Shown here piece by piece: positions 23,436 through 32,085 of a stretch of DNA of 60,409 nucleotides. The notes beneath the pieces are model-generated. The model was not told the DNA's origin and did not search any database. It saw nothing but the letters and a program-made list of their open reading frames with translations. The DNA is from a virus, in IMG/VR virus record IMGVR_UViG_3300045988_116135; one strand, given 5' to 3'. The translations under genes were made by a program, and so were the position numbers. Within the stretch, counting starts at the first letter, position 1. Every line of letters begins with the position of its first letter.

Positions 23436-24875
23436 ATGAATTACATAGACGCTATATTTCAGGTTTTCCAAAACAAGATATTGAACTCGTTTGGAGTGGA
23501 GAGGGACTTGGTCAGCCTTATCAAGGATAGGGATATAAGCCGAGCCATGTCAATGATGCAATGCCGGGACAAGGATGTTTCCCAAGCGATCTTGGAATAT
23601 AACCCGGAATCCCATGAGGTTAATAAACGTCCTAATAAGCACAGGAAAAATCAAGAACCATATATCACGGAGAAATTGCCACGAGGAAGGCAAGCGTATA
23701 TAAATGAGGTGGAGCTGTTTTTTCTCCTCGGTCAGCCTATCTTGTGGAAAGCTGTATCGGATGATACGGATAAGGCTTTCAATGCATTCGGTGATTTTCT
23801 CCGTTATACTCGATTCAACACGACAATCCGGGAAGCCAAGCGTTTGGCCGGTGCGGAGACGGAGAGCGCTAAGGTTTATCATATATACAGGGAAAATGGT
23901 ATGCCCCAAGTAAAGGTTAAGGTTATATCCAAGTCAAAAGGATATACATTGCGGCCTTTATTTGATCAATGGGATAACATGATAGCTTTTGGTTATGGAT
24001 ATACGCTACTTGAGGGCGATAAGTCCGTAGAGCATTTTGATATAGAGACCCCGGAATACATCTATCGATGCAAGAGAGCGGATATCGGATGGGATGTTAC
24101 GCCATTGCTTAATCCTTCGGGTAAAATAAATGTTATCTACTATCGTCAAAACAAGGCATGGTATGGGGTGCAAAAGCGTATAGACAGAGAGGAAGCGGTT
24201 GATAGCAAGGCGGCGGATTCCAATAATTATTTCTCCGATCCAAAATTGAAATTAACCGCTGATGTCATTCAGAGCATAGTAGGGGGAGGATCTAATATGG
24301 TAGGAGAGGTTATCACCATGTCCGATAAGGACAAAAGCGCTGCCGAGTATCTCGTTCCGCCCGATTATTCCACGATGAAAGAGGCGGAGAAAAAAGACCT
24401 GTCATCAAGCATACTATTCGATACGTTCACCCCGGATTTCAGTTATGAGAACATGAAGGGGCTTGGGACATTATCCGGGGAGGCATTGAAAAGGGCCTTG
24501 GCCCTTGGATACATGAAAAGGGATAACTTGAAAGAGATATATGATATATTAATAGACCGTGAGAAGAATCTTATATTGGCTATCATGATGAACGTAACTC
24601 ATATCGGCATGAGAGAGGAGTTAAGCAGGCTCGACCTGCAACATGAGTTCTCCGAGCCTTTCGCCGAGGATAAGGATAAGAGAATAGATATGATAGCGAA
24701 ACTCTATGATTCAGGATTGGTGTCCCTTCAAACGGCGGTAGATATGCTGTCCTTGACTGATAAGCCGGAGGAGGAGATTCGACGGATATTAGAGGAGAAG
24801 CTGGAAAAGACGCAAGATAATAGAAAAGAGAAGATTGAAAATTCCAAAAGCCCGGATGATTCCGATCGAAATTAA
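23436..24875 (+). CDS. Portal protein
   Basis: 479 aa, immediately after terL, with an acidic C-terminus. Called mainly on position and size. Confidence 0.75.
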   Translation: MNYIDAIFQVFQNKILNSFGVERDLVSLIKDRDISRAMSMMQCRDKDVSQAILEYNPESHEVNKRPNKHRKNQEPYITEKLPRGRQAYINEVELFFLLGQPILWKAVSDDTDKAFNAFGDFLRYTRFNTTIREAKRLAGAETESAKVYHIYRENGMPQVKVKVISKSKGYTLRPLFDQWDNMIAFGYGYTLLEGDKSVEHFDIETPEYIYRCKRADIGWDVTPLLNPSGKINVIYYRQNKAWYGVQKRIDREEAVDSKAADSNNYFSDPKLKLTADVIQSIVGGGSNMVGEVITMSDKDKSAAEYLVPPDYSTMKEAEKKDLSSSILFDTFTPDFSYENMKGLGTLSGEALKRALALGYMKRDNLKEIYDILIDREKNLILAIMMNVTHIGMREELSRLDLQHEFSEPFAEDKDKRIDMIAKLYDSGLVSLQTAVDMLSLTDKPEEEIRRILEEKLEKTQDNRKEKIENSKSPDDSDRN

Positions 24876-24960
24876 AGGTCTTACGGAATTATTTAAATAA
24901 AAAATACTGTTAAATGGTATATAAAGGCATATTTATTCACAAAATTGAATTTTAAATATT

Positions 24961-25230
24961 ATGGTAAAGGATGTAATGTTCCGAAAGGAAGGAGATAAGT
25001 ATATATCGGATTCTATATCGCTCGAATCAAGCGATATAGTTCTACATGTAGAACTTAAAGATAATGGTAATATTGTCTTAGAGAGAAGTATTACTGGTGA
25101 TAATTGGGTAGTTGCAGCTTATCTAGCTCGAAATGTCAAGCTGTATGAGAATGGGGTAGTAGGTAAATCTGGACAGATAGTAAGGATCGTGTCGACAATA
25201 GAAATCTCTAAAATATCGATACTGCAATGA
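24961..25230 (+). CDS. Hypothetical protein (89 aa)
   Basis: ATG ORF. Confidence 0.5.
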   Translation: MVKDVMFRKEGDKYISDSISLESSDIVLHVELKDNGNIVLERSITGDNWVVAAYLARNVKLYENGVVGKSGQIVRIVSTIEISKISILQ

Positions 25231-26279
25231 TAGCTCTAAACGACATCAATTTATCCAAGATCGATCTTTCGGGCATAGACTTGCGAGGGATAAAGCTGGG
25301 GATTGGAGGGCGTGGCGGTTCCGGCGATGATTCCCAGCGCCCTTGGCTCTTCCCCGACCAAGCATGGACAGTGGTAGGCAAAACCAATGAGGACGAAGAT
25401 CGGGCTACCATAGCTAACATAACAGGCAATGGTAATAATCTTGTATTGAGTAACTTTGGGTTTGCAGAGAATAGTGGATATGGGTTGTATGCTCAAAATT
25501 ATATGAAATGGACACAGGTTCACGATAGAGGGGATTTTACCGCTACATCAGGTAAGGTAAATATAACTTCTGTCAAGAATAACACTGCTACTTTAATTTA
25601 TAAAAATATTGAGCACCTAAAACAAAGAATTAGAGTAACGGGATTACCTGAAGGTGTTAATTTAATAATTGGTCGAGCTCTATTCGACTTTTATGTTATA
25701 CCAAAAGATGGTATTTACGACGTGGATGTGATAGATAGTTCAGGGCAAGACCCAGTTACTATTGGCTATAAAATAGATAAAATCTTAGAAACCTGTGACA
25801 TTACTATCGAGCAAATCCCCGAATACGAAGGCTATCTGGTAACGGATGGGGTGGATGATAAGATTATTTCGTCGAATTTTGTCATGGGGGATAATTGGAC
25901 TGTAGTAGGAGATTGGAAGTTTATAGAGGATAAAAAAGATAGCGCCGGAATAGTTAAAAGTCGCTCATTGTTCGTATTTAATACAGCTTCTGGATTAACT
26001 ATATATATAAATACAGGAAGTTCAGGAATGTCCATCAATGATACTAAGTCCTTAAAAGCTGTATGTTCTGACGGTCGCATATATCTTGACGATTGGTCAG
26101 AAGTAAAAAACACTCAGAAACAAGATGCTTCAGATCTAGAAAAAGAATTAACTATTGGAAACAATGGATCTAATTTTACCAAAATAGCTTTCAAAAACCT
26201 TGGCATTTACAACCATATCCTATCCAAAGACGACTGTATCAAAGCATATGATTATTTACAAACATTAAAAGCAAAATGA
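25227..26279 (+). CDS. LamG/concanavalin-like domain protein with a pentapeptide-like N-terminus
   Basis: INLSKIDLSGIDLRGIKLG at the N-terminus. The C-terminus ..LTIGNNGSNFTKIAFKNLGIYNHILSKDDCIKAY fits the LamG pattern. Confidence 0.45.
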   Translation: MIALNDINLSKIDLSGIDLRGIKLGIGGRGGSGDDSQRPWLFPDQAWTVVGKTNEDEDRATIANITGNGNNLVLSNFGFAENSGYGLYAQNYMKWTQVHDRGDFTATSGKVNITSVKNNTATLIYKNIEHLKQRIRVTGLPEGVNLIIGRALFDFYVIPKDGIYDVDVIDSSGQDPVTIGYKIDKILETCDITIEQIPEYEGYLVTDGVDDKIISSNFVMGDNWTVVGDWKFIEDKKDSAGIVKSRSLFVFNTASGLTIYINTGSSGMSINDTKSLKAVCSDGRIYLDDWSEVKNTQKQDASDLEKELTIGNNGSNFTKIAFKNLGIYNHILSKDDCIKAYDYLQTLKAK

Positions 26280-26280
26280 T

Positions 26281-26940
26281 ATGAGGTACGCTATAGTGGA
26301 TTTATTATGGGCTAAATCTCACGGAATCGAGATATTGCCCGAAATGAGAACGAGTGTGGATCAAAGCAAGGTAGTCTTGCATGAGGAGTATCTATCTCCC
26401 TTTGCCGAGGAGGACTTCCATCGCTATAATTTCGACGACCCGTCTTTCATAGAGCTATTGAATAGCGACGAATGGACTTATCCGGAAGAAGAGCAGCCCG
26501 TAATCAATAGGCAACTCAGCAGGTTGTTGGCATTGGACGAACTGGACAAGGAGGCTACCGAGGAGATAAACACGTATAACCTTACCCCGTCGGAAGCCTT
26601 ACAGGTCAAGGATCGATACCCGGAATGGGAAGCCGGGATAAATGTCAAAGCCGGTGAGCGATACCGGGTCGAGGACATCCTGTGGGAATGTATCAAAGAC
26701 CATATCACGCAAGATAACTGGAAGCCGGGTACGGCGACCCTAAGCCTGTGGAAAAGAGTAGACGCGGAAGGACACGCCGGCACTATGGAAGATCCTATTC
26801 CATATACACAAAATATGGCGCTTGAATTCAACAAGTACTACACGCAGGATGGCGTATTGTATCTCTGCATACAAGCTATGACACCCGGACCGTTCGATTT
26901 AAAGGATGTACCGGCGCATGCGCAGCCTATCAAGCAATAG
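26281..26940 (+). CDS. Protein with a CBM5/12-like carbohydrate-binding motif
   Basis: EWEAGINVKAGERYRVEDILWECIKDHITQDNWKPGTATLSLWKRV compares with the AWQAGTAYKAGD.V.Y.G..Y.C.Q.HTSQ.GW.P....ALW pattern. Confidence 0.5.
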   Translation: MRYAIVDLLWAKSHGIEILPEMRTSVDQSKVVLHEEYLSPFAEEDFHRYNFDDPSFIELLNSDEWTYPEEEQPVINRQLSRLLALDELDKEATEEINTYNLTPSEALQVKDRYPEWEAGINVKAGERYRVEDILWECIKDHITQDNWKPGTATLSLWKRVDAEGHAGTMEDPIPYTQNMALEFNKYYTQDGVLYLCIQAMTPGPFDLKDVPAHAQPIKQ

Positions 26941-27023
26941 GCACGAATGGTTTAATATTATTGTTTTTGTGACAATCGGTCTATTGTCATGTATATAGCC
27001 TGTTTTTATTTTATTACAAGCTT

Positions 27024-27683
27024 ATGTATCAATACTTTTATGCGAAAAATAAAAGTGATAGCATGAAAGAGAAGATTTTCCAGCAGTTAAAACAGAAGTA
27101 CTCAAATCTTGGGTTAACGGAGGATGTTTTGAGGTCCGTGGCAGAATCATTGGGGTCCACTGGCCTGATTACGGACGATAATCTTGAAACTGCGGTAGCA
27201 GGGCAAGAATCAATGTTGAAATCTTACCAGAGTTCCTTGGATAAGGTGCGAACCGAATGCGCAAATTACAAGAAGGAATTAGAGGAGTTGAGAGGCAAGG
27301 GGGGCGGCCAGCAACAGCAACCAGATAAAAACGAGGAGCCGGATTGGTTCAAGAAGTATCGTGAGGAGCAGGACGAGAAAATCCGGCTCTTGACCTCCGA
27401 GAATGATAAAGCTAAGGAGGAGAAAGCACGTGCTGAAAGACACAATCTGATCCTTGACAAGGCCAAGAGCCTTAAGATCTCAAAGGAACGGATAGAGGAG
27501 GGCTTCGCTATAACGGACGATATGGACGATAATGCGATTGATACTTATCTGTCCAAGGTGAGACAAAATGAGGTCGCAAAGGGATTAGAGGAAAAAGGTT
27601 CGGCGTTCTCTGTCTCTACGTCCAAGGAAAAGAGCAAGGAGCTCGCTAAGGATTGGGCCAAATCATTGCCGGACGCTAATTAA
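27024..27683 (+). CDS. Scaffolding protein (coiled-coil)
   Basis: Charged coiled-coil sequence, positioned upstream of the capsid genes. Alternative ATG at 27063. Confidence 0.6.
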   Translation: MYQYFYAKNKSDSMKEKIFQQLKQKYSNLGLTEDVLRSVAESLGSTGLITDDNLETAVAGQESMLKSYQSSLDKVRTECANYKKELEELRGKGGGQQQQPDKNEEPDWFKKYREEQDEKIRLLTSENDKAKEEKARAERHNLILDKAKSLKISKERIEEGFAITDDMDDNAIDTYLSKVRQNEVAKGLEEKGSAFSVSTSKEKSKELAKDWAKSLPDAN

Positions 27684-27694
27684 AGTAAAAGATT

Positions 27695-28246
27695 ATGGGT
27701 ATCGAATTTAACAAAACAAAGATTAAAGGATCGTTCCCCGTCTTTTGGCGCGGGGAATGCTCTCCCCTTCCCGGAGATTTCAAATTAACCACTGAGTTGG
27801 CGGAAGGGACAATCGTGCGAAAAGGCACTCCTATCAAGCTGGACTTTGATCGCATGGAGTGCAAGATCTGTAAGGCCGTTAAGGTATTAGCCGGAGGAAC
27901 GACCACTAAGCCACGTATAGGGAAAGATAGCTTTGTCGCCAAGGGAGATTCTATTGGTGGGCAGAACGTGAGTTCCGTAGATTCAAGCAACTCTGATTAT
28001 GACGTGGTTACATTGGCTGCCGCTGTAGAGTCTGCTACAGAAGGGGCGATTCTTGCCGTGGGAACGGATGAGCCTGACGCTGTGGTTGAGACAACGTTTG
28101 TCTATACGAAGAATATGTCTTTCCAGACGGTATCGGCGGGATATGAGGTCCTTATCCTTAAGGATGTGGCTTATCCAGTCCCTTCCTCATGGTTGACGGG
28201 ATTCAGCATGAAGAATAATCCCACTATTAAGTATATTAGACAGTAA
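27695..28246 (+). CDS. Putative head decoration/accessory protein (lambda gpD position)
   Basis: Synteny only: it lies between the scaffold and major capsid genes. Confidence 0.35.
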   Translation: MGIEFNKTKIKGSFPVFWRGECSPLPGDFKLTTELAEGTIVRKGTPIKLDFDRMECKICKAVKVLAGGTTTKPRIGKDSFVAKGDSIGGQNVSSVDSSNSDYDVVTLAAAVESATEGAILAVGTDEPDAVVETTFVYTKNMSFQTVSAGYEVLILKDVAYPVPSSWLTGFSMKNNPTIKYIRQ

Positions 28247-28257
28247 GGAGGTGAACG

Positions 28258-29358
28258 ATGGATGTTTATAGTTCTATTTTTGGCGAACTGACAAAAGAGG
28301 TTCAGATTCGTATTGACGCTGCCACGGAGCTTCGCAAGCGCTTGTTTGACCAGAATATCTACGAGCGTTATCTTGATTGGGATGTCCCGACTATCGGCCT
28401 TAATTTTGAGGAGCTGATCGGGCAATATAACTTGAGCGTTGCGGCGGCTACCCTTGATTCCAAGGGAAAGGAACCGATCTTGGGTACGGAGGGGCTTGAG
28501 ACCTTGAAGCAAAAGGTCCTTACCCACCAGATGAGTTACTCAATGCCGATCGAGGAGTATCGCAAGGTCTTGCAGATCCTAGACTCTAGGATGTTGACGG
28601 ATGACCAGAAGACACAGCAGCTCATTAATCTGATGTGGAATAACGTGTCTACCGTTGTCAAATCCGTGCAATCTAAGCTAGATATTATTTTCTTGGGTGC
28701 CTTGTCCAACAAGGGGGTATTTACCTTTAATGCCAATAATAACCCTGAAGGAGGGGTACGTGGTATTATTGATTACAAGATGCCGCCCGAGAATATCGCT
28801 AGCGTTACCCTTGACTGGACGGATACCAATAAGAACAACGTCGATCCTTTCGAGGATATCCAAGGTGTCGTGGATGCGGCCCAAGACAAGGTGACGTTTG
28901 ATAAGATATTGATGTCTCCGGCCAGATTGTCTTATTTGCTTAAGAGCAGGAAGATGAAACAGGTCATTTTTGGGACCGACAAATCCGGCACTCCTCTTTT
29001 GATGTCCGGTTTGAATGAGTTCCTACGCTCTAATGACCTTCCTGTCATAGAGACAGTGAGACGTATCACCCGTATCCAAGACAACGGCAAGCTATCCGAG
29101 TACAAGCCTTGGAACGACAAGAATATCGTCTTTGTCCCGGCAGGTAAATTAGGTGTCATCAAGAACGCTTACGCCGATAATGAGTTGAGACAGGAACCGG
29201 GCGTTACTTACTCTAATTATGGCCGGATTCGTATCTCTCAATGGGGCAAGGGCGAGACGGACAATTCCAATGGCGTAGAGTTTACCAAGGCTCAATCGCT
29301 ATCCTTGCCGGTCCTTACCGAGATTAATGGCATTTACTCATTGACGGTGGAGGCATGA
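28258..29358 (+). CDS. Major capsid protein
   Basis: 366 aa after the scaffold gene. A strong AAGGAGGT lies 7 nt upstream. Position and size fit a lambda gpE-like capsid protein. Confidence 0.75.
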   Translation: MDVYSSIFGELTKEVQIRIDAATELRKRLFDQNIYERYLDWDVPTIGLNFEELIGQYNLSVAAATLDSKGKEPILGTEGLETLKQKVLTHQMSYSMPIEEYRKVLQILDSRMLTDDQKTQQLINLMWNNVSTVVKSVQSKLDIIFLGALSNKGVFTFNANNNPEGGVRGIIDYKMPPENIASVTLDWTDTNKNNVDPFEDIQGVVDAAQDKVTFDKILMSPARLSYLLKSRKMKQVIFGTDKSGTPLLMSGLNEFLRSNDLPVIETVRRITRIQDNGKLSEYKPWNDKNIVFVPAGKLGVIKNAYADNELRQEPGVTYSNYGRIRISQWGKGETDNSNGVEFTKAQSLSLPVLTEINGIYSLTVEA

Positions 29359-29678
29359 CGATAAGAGACTACATAGGGCAGAAATTCTCGGCTTATGGAG
29401 ATCTATCCGAGGCGGATATGCTGGATTTCAGCATCAAATCGGGGCTATCCCCGGACGATGAGATGTCTAGTGAATCCATAGGCAAGGTAGAGACAGGGAT
29501 GATAGAGATCATCCCGTCGCTGCTATTGCGCCCTGATAGCGTCAATGAGAGCGGCTTCTCTGTCTCTTGGGACAAGGACGGCCTCCGGCGGTATTATTTG
29601 TTCCTGTGCGAACGGAATGGTGTTAGCCCGGATGTGTCTTCCGGTCTTGGGGTAGTCTCATCTTATATGGATTATTGA
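29355..29678 (+). CDS. Head-tail connector/neck protein (by position)
   Basis: 107 aa, ATGA overlap with the MCP gene. Confidence 0.45.
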   Translation: MTIRDYIGQKFSAYGDLSEADMLDFSIKSGLSPDDEMSSESIGKVETGMIEIIPSLLLRPDSVNESGFSVSWDKDGLRRYYLFLCERNGVSPDVSSGLGVVSSYMDY

Positions 29679-29679
29679 T

Positions 29680-30006
29680 ATGTATTACGCTCCTCACATA
29701 TTAGAACGAAAGGTTGTCAAGGAATATGATCACGATGACAATGGCAATCCTGTTCCCGGGACTGGTGGTGAGTTATGGGAGAGACTGGGACGATGTAAAT
29801 GCTATGATAAGAGCGCCGATCGGGTATATACGGTAAATGGCGTAGCCTTTGATTACAAATATCGTGTCGTGACAGATAAGATCAAGATTGATGCCGGGGA
29901 TATCGTGAGAGTATTGAATCAAGATGGGAGTATTCGCGGTAGTGGCGTTGTTATCAACCCGATGCTCACGGATTATCTAAATTACGGGCAAATATGGCTG
30001 GAATAA
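29680..30006 (+). CDS. Head closure/neck protein (by position)
   Basis: 108 aa in the neck module. Confidence 0.45.
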   Translation: MYYAPHILERKVVKEYDHDDNGNPVPGTGGELWERLGRCKCYDKSADRVYTVNGVAFDYKYRVVTDKIKIDAGDIVRVLNQDGSIRGSGVVINPMLTDYLNYGQIWLE

Positions 30007-30488
30007 TAAAGTTAAGTTATGATTTGTCCGATGTGGATGATTTCATCTTGGAGGCCTATCGTGAGGTGTTCGCCTTTCTAGCCCAACTAGGGCAATCCGC
30101 TTATGAGACCGCCGTTCAAGAAGGTAAATATAACAATATTACCGGAAACTTGAGGAGTTCATTGGGATATGTCATATCAATGGACGGTAAGATCGTAAAG
30201 GAAGGCGGGTTTAAGAGGATAGATGGACGTGGAGAAAATTATGAGAAGGTTTTTTTCACGACCAGATCCCAAAAGACGGTCCAGTTCTGGGCTAAAGGAA
30301 AGTCCGGGGATGGAAGCGAGGGGAGCAGGCAAGGGCTTAGTTACGCTAGGGATCTGGCTTCTAAGCATACAAAGGGAGTGACATTGGTTGTCGTAGCGGG
30401 AATGGATTACGCTAGCTATGTGAATGATATCCATAAGCTAAACGTGATAGATACTGCCGAGGCTAAAGTAATAGCTATGTTACAATGA
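29994..30488 (+). CDS. Neck/tail completion protein (by position)
   Basis: 164 aa in the neck module. Confidence 0.45.
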   Translation: MAGIIKLSYDLSDVDDFILEAYREVFAFLAQLGQSAYETAVQEGKYNNITGNLRSSLGYVISMDGKIVKEGGFKRIDGRGENYEKVFFTTRSQKTVQFWAKGKSGDGSEGSRQGLSYARDLASKHTKGVTLVVVAGMDYASYVNDIHKLNVIDTAEAKVIAMLQ

Positions 30489-30886
30489 TAGTAAGCACGG
30501 ACATACAGACAATCTTATATAAGAAAGCCTTGGAACTTGGTGTTACCGGGGTGTACAAGGAGGATGATACGCCTACAGGTAAGCTTGAGGAGGAGAGGGT
30601 TACCGTACACTCGAATTCCTCGGAGCCGGGAATTACATGGAAGGTGGGATTCGTTCATGTCAATATAGCCGTCCCTGATCTGGACGAGAAAGGAACGCCT
30701 GATTTGGACAGGATGAATAAGCTGGAACGTATGTCCATGGAGGTGTTCAAGGACACCTCGGTGTTTGATGGCACTCCTTATACCTACGAGGTAGACACTA
30801 CTAGAATTGAGGTTAACAGGGATCTTAAATGTCACTACGTTAATGTGAGAGTATTATTTAAAGTTTTAAATGTAATAGTATTGTAA
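30485..30886 (+). CDS. Tail terminator-like protein (by position)
   Basis: 133 aa, immediately before the major tail gene. Confidence 0.4.
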   Translation: MIVSTDIQTILYKKALELGVTGVYKEDDTPTGKLEEERVTVHSNSSEPGITWKVGFVHVNIAVPDLDEKGTPDLDRMNKLERMSMEVFKDTSVFDGTPYTYEVDTTRIEVNRDLKCHYVNVRVLFKVLNVIVL

Positions 30887-30887
30887 T

Positions 30888-31418
30888 ATGGGAAGAACAA
30901 TTTCTGCTATAGGCGTAAAAAGGATACTTTATGGGGAGCCTCTGGTTGCTGCACCCACATACGAGAGCTTGGAGACGTTATTTACGGCTTTCAAGGATGT
31001 TCAAATCGTCCATCAAGGGACTTATGAATATACCGAGGAGGACGGTACGTTAACAGAATTCAAGGATGAGTTGACCGGCCAGACATATCGGTCATCGTTT
31101 GAGGCAGGATCACAGAGCTTGAATTGGGTGATCGGGGCATATGACTTCGCTACCAAGGCCGAGCTTATGGGCGGTAAACCCTTGGATACGGATAAGGGAT
31201 GGGAACGTGGCAACGCCGGCGAGCAACGATATAAATGTATCGTCGCTATTACCAATGATGACGTGGCTATCATTTTCCCAAAGGCGAATCTTGTGGGTCG
31301 TGGGGCTTCCACGGATGGGGCCGTTGGTTTGTCGATGTCCGCCACCCCGCTGAAATCATCCACGACAATAGCTTCAGAGTATTGGTTTGACGTGGAAGGA
31401 AAATCCTTGAAGGATTGA
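30888..31418 (+). CDS. Major tail protein (siphovirus type)
   Basis: 176 aa, directly upstream of the chaperone pair and tape measure. Confidence 0.65.
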   Translation: MGRTISAIGVKRILYGEPLVAAPTYESLETLFTAFKDVQIVHQGTYEYTEEDGTLTEFKDELTGQTYRSSFEAGSQSLNWVIGAYDFATKAELMGGKPLDTDKGWERGNAGEQRYKCIVAITNDDVAIIFPKANLVGRGASTDGAVGLSMSATPLKSSTTIASEYWFDVEGKSLKD

Positions 31419-31501
31419 ATGTAATATGTCTTATAGGAACGGGGACGGCGGTATTTTCCGTTCGTCCCCGTTTTGTTTAATTCTAATTTTTTTTACGTGA
31501 C

Positions 31502-31885
31502 ATGAACAAGGGTGCTAGTTTAGTGGCTGACGCTGTCCTAGGTGAGGATTTCAAGGTCGTGGTCCTAGGGGGGAAGGCGTATAAGGTAAGTCCTCCTACA
31601 ATAGCGACGATTTGCAAAGGTATACAATACCTATCTCTTATTGATAAGACAACATCGGGCAAGGAGGATCTTGAAAAGGTGAGGAACGAACTGGAAAATA
31701 TACTAAAGGGTTTGTCAGTGTTTGTTTTGGGGAGCGCCGATAGATATGAGGAGATCGAGGGGGCGACCCTTCATGAGCTAAGGGAGGCGTTGGAGACTGT
31801 CGTTAAATTCATATCCGCAGAGGATTTTTTCGTCTGTGCCGCCTTAGCCGAGAGCGTGGCAAGAATGGCGGCGACACCAAAGTGA
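31502..31885 (+). CDS. Tail assembly chaperone (gpG-like)
   Basis: Positioned before the tape measure and contains a slippery site. Confidence 0.7.
   Translation: MNKGASLVADAVLGEDFKVVVLGGKAYKVSPPTIATICKGIQYLSLIDKTTSGKEDLEKVRNELENILKGLSVFVLGSADRYEEIEGATLHELREALETVVKFISAEDFFVCAALAESVARMAATPK
31825..31831 (+). promoter_or_regulatory. -1 programmed frameshift slippery heptamer T_TTT_TTC
   Basis: The zero-frame codons are gaT TTT TTC. The -1 frame is open from 31807 to 32085. Confidence 0.6.
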
Positions 31886-32085
31886 CAGGTAATGAGACCA
31901 TGCTAGGGCAAGTGGCCACATTCATGGAATCGTTAAGATTGTCTTATGAGGACGTGGTTTATAAAATACCTTATCGAAACCTTCTGATCATGCAGAAGGA
32001 TATATTGCATAGCGTTACCGGTGATTTGATCGTGGAGAGAACCGGGCGTGATTTGTTGAACCGAAAGGGAAAGGAGGGTGATTAA
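31882..32085 (+). CDS. -1 frame extension (gpT-like part of the G-T fusion chaperone)
   Basis: No ATG at its 5' end. It is in the -1 frame relative to 31502..31885 and ends 1 nt into the tape measure start. Confidence 0.6.
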   Translation: MTGNETMLGQVATFMESLRLSYEDVVYKIPYRNLLIMQKDILHSVTGDLIVERTGRDLLNRKGKEGD

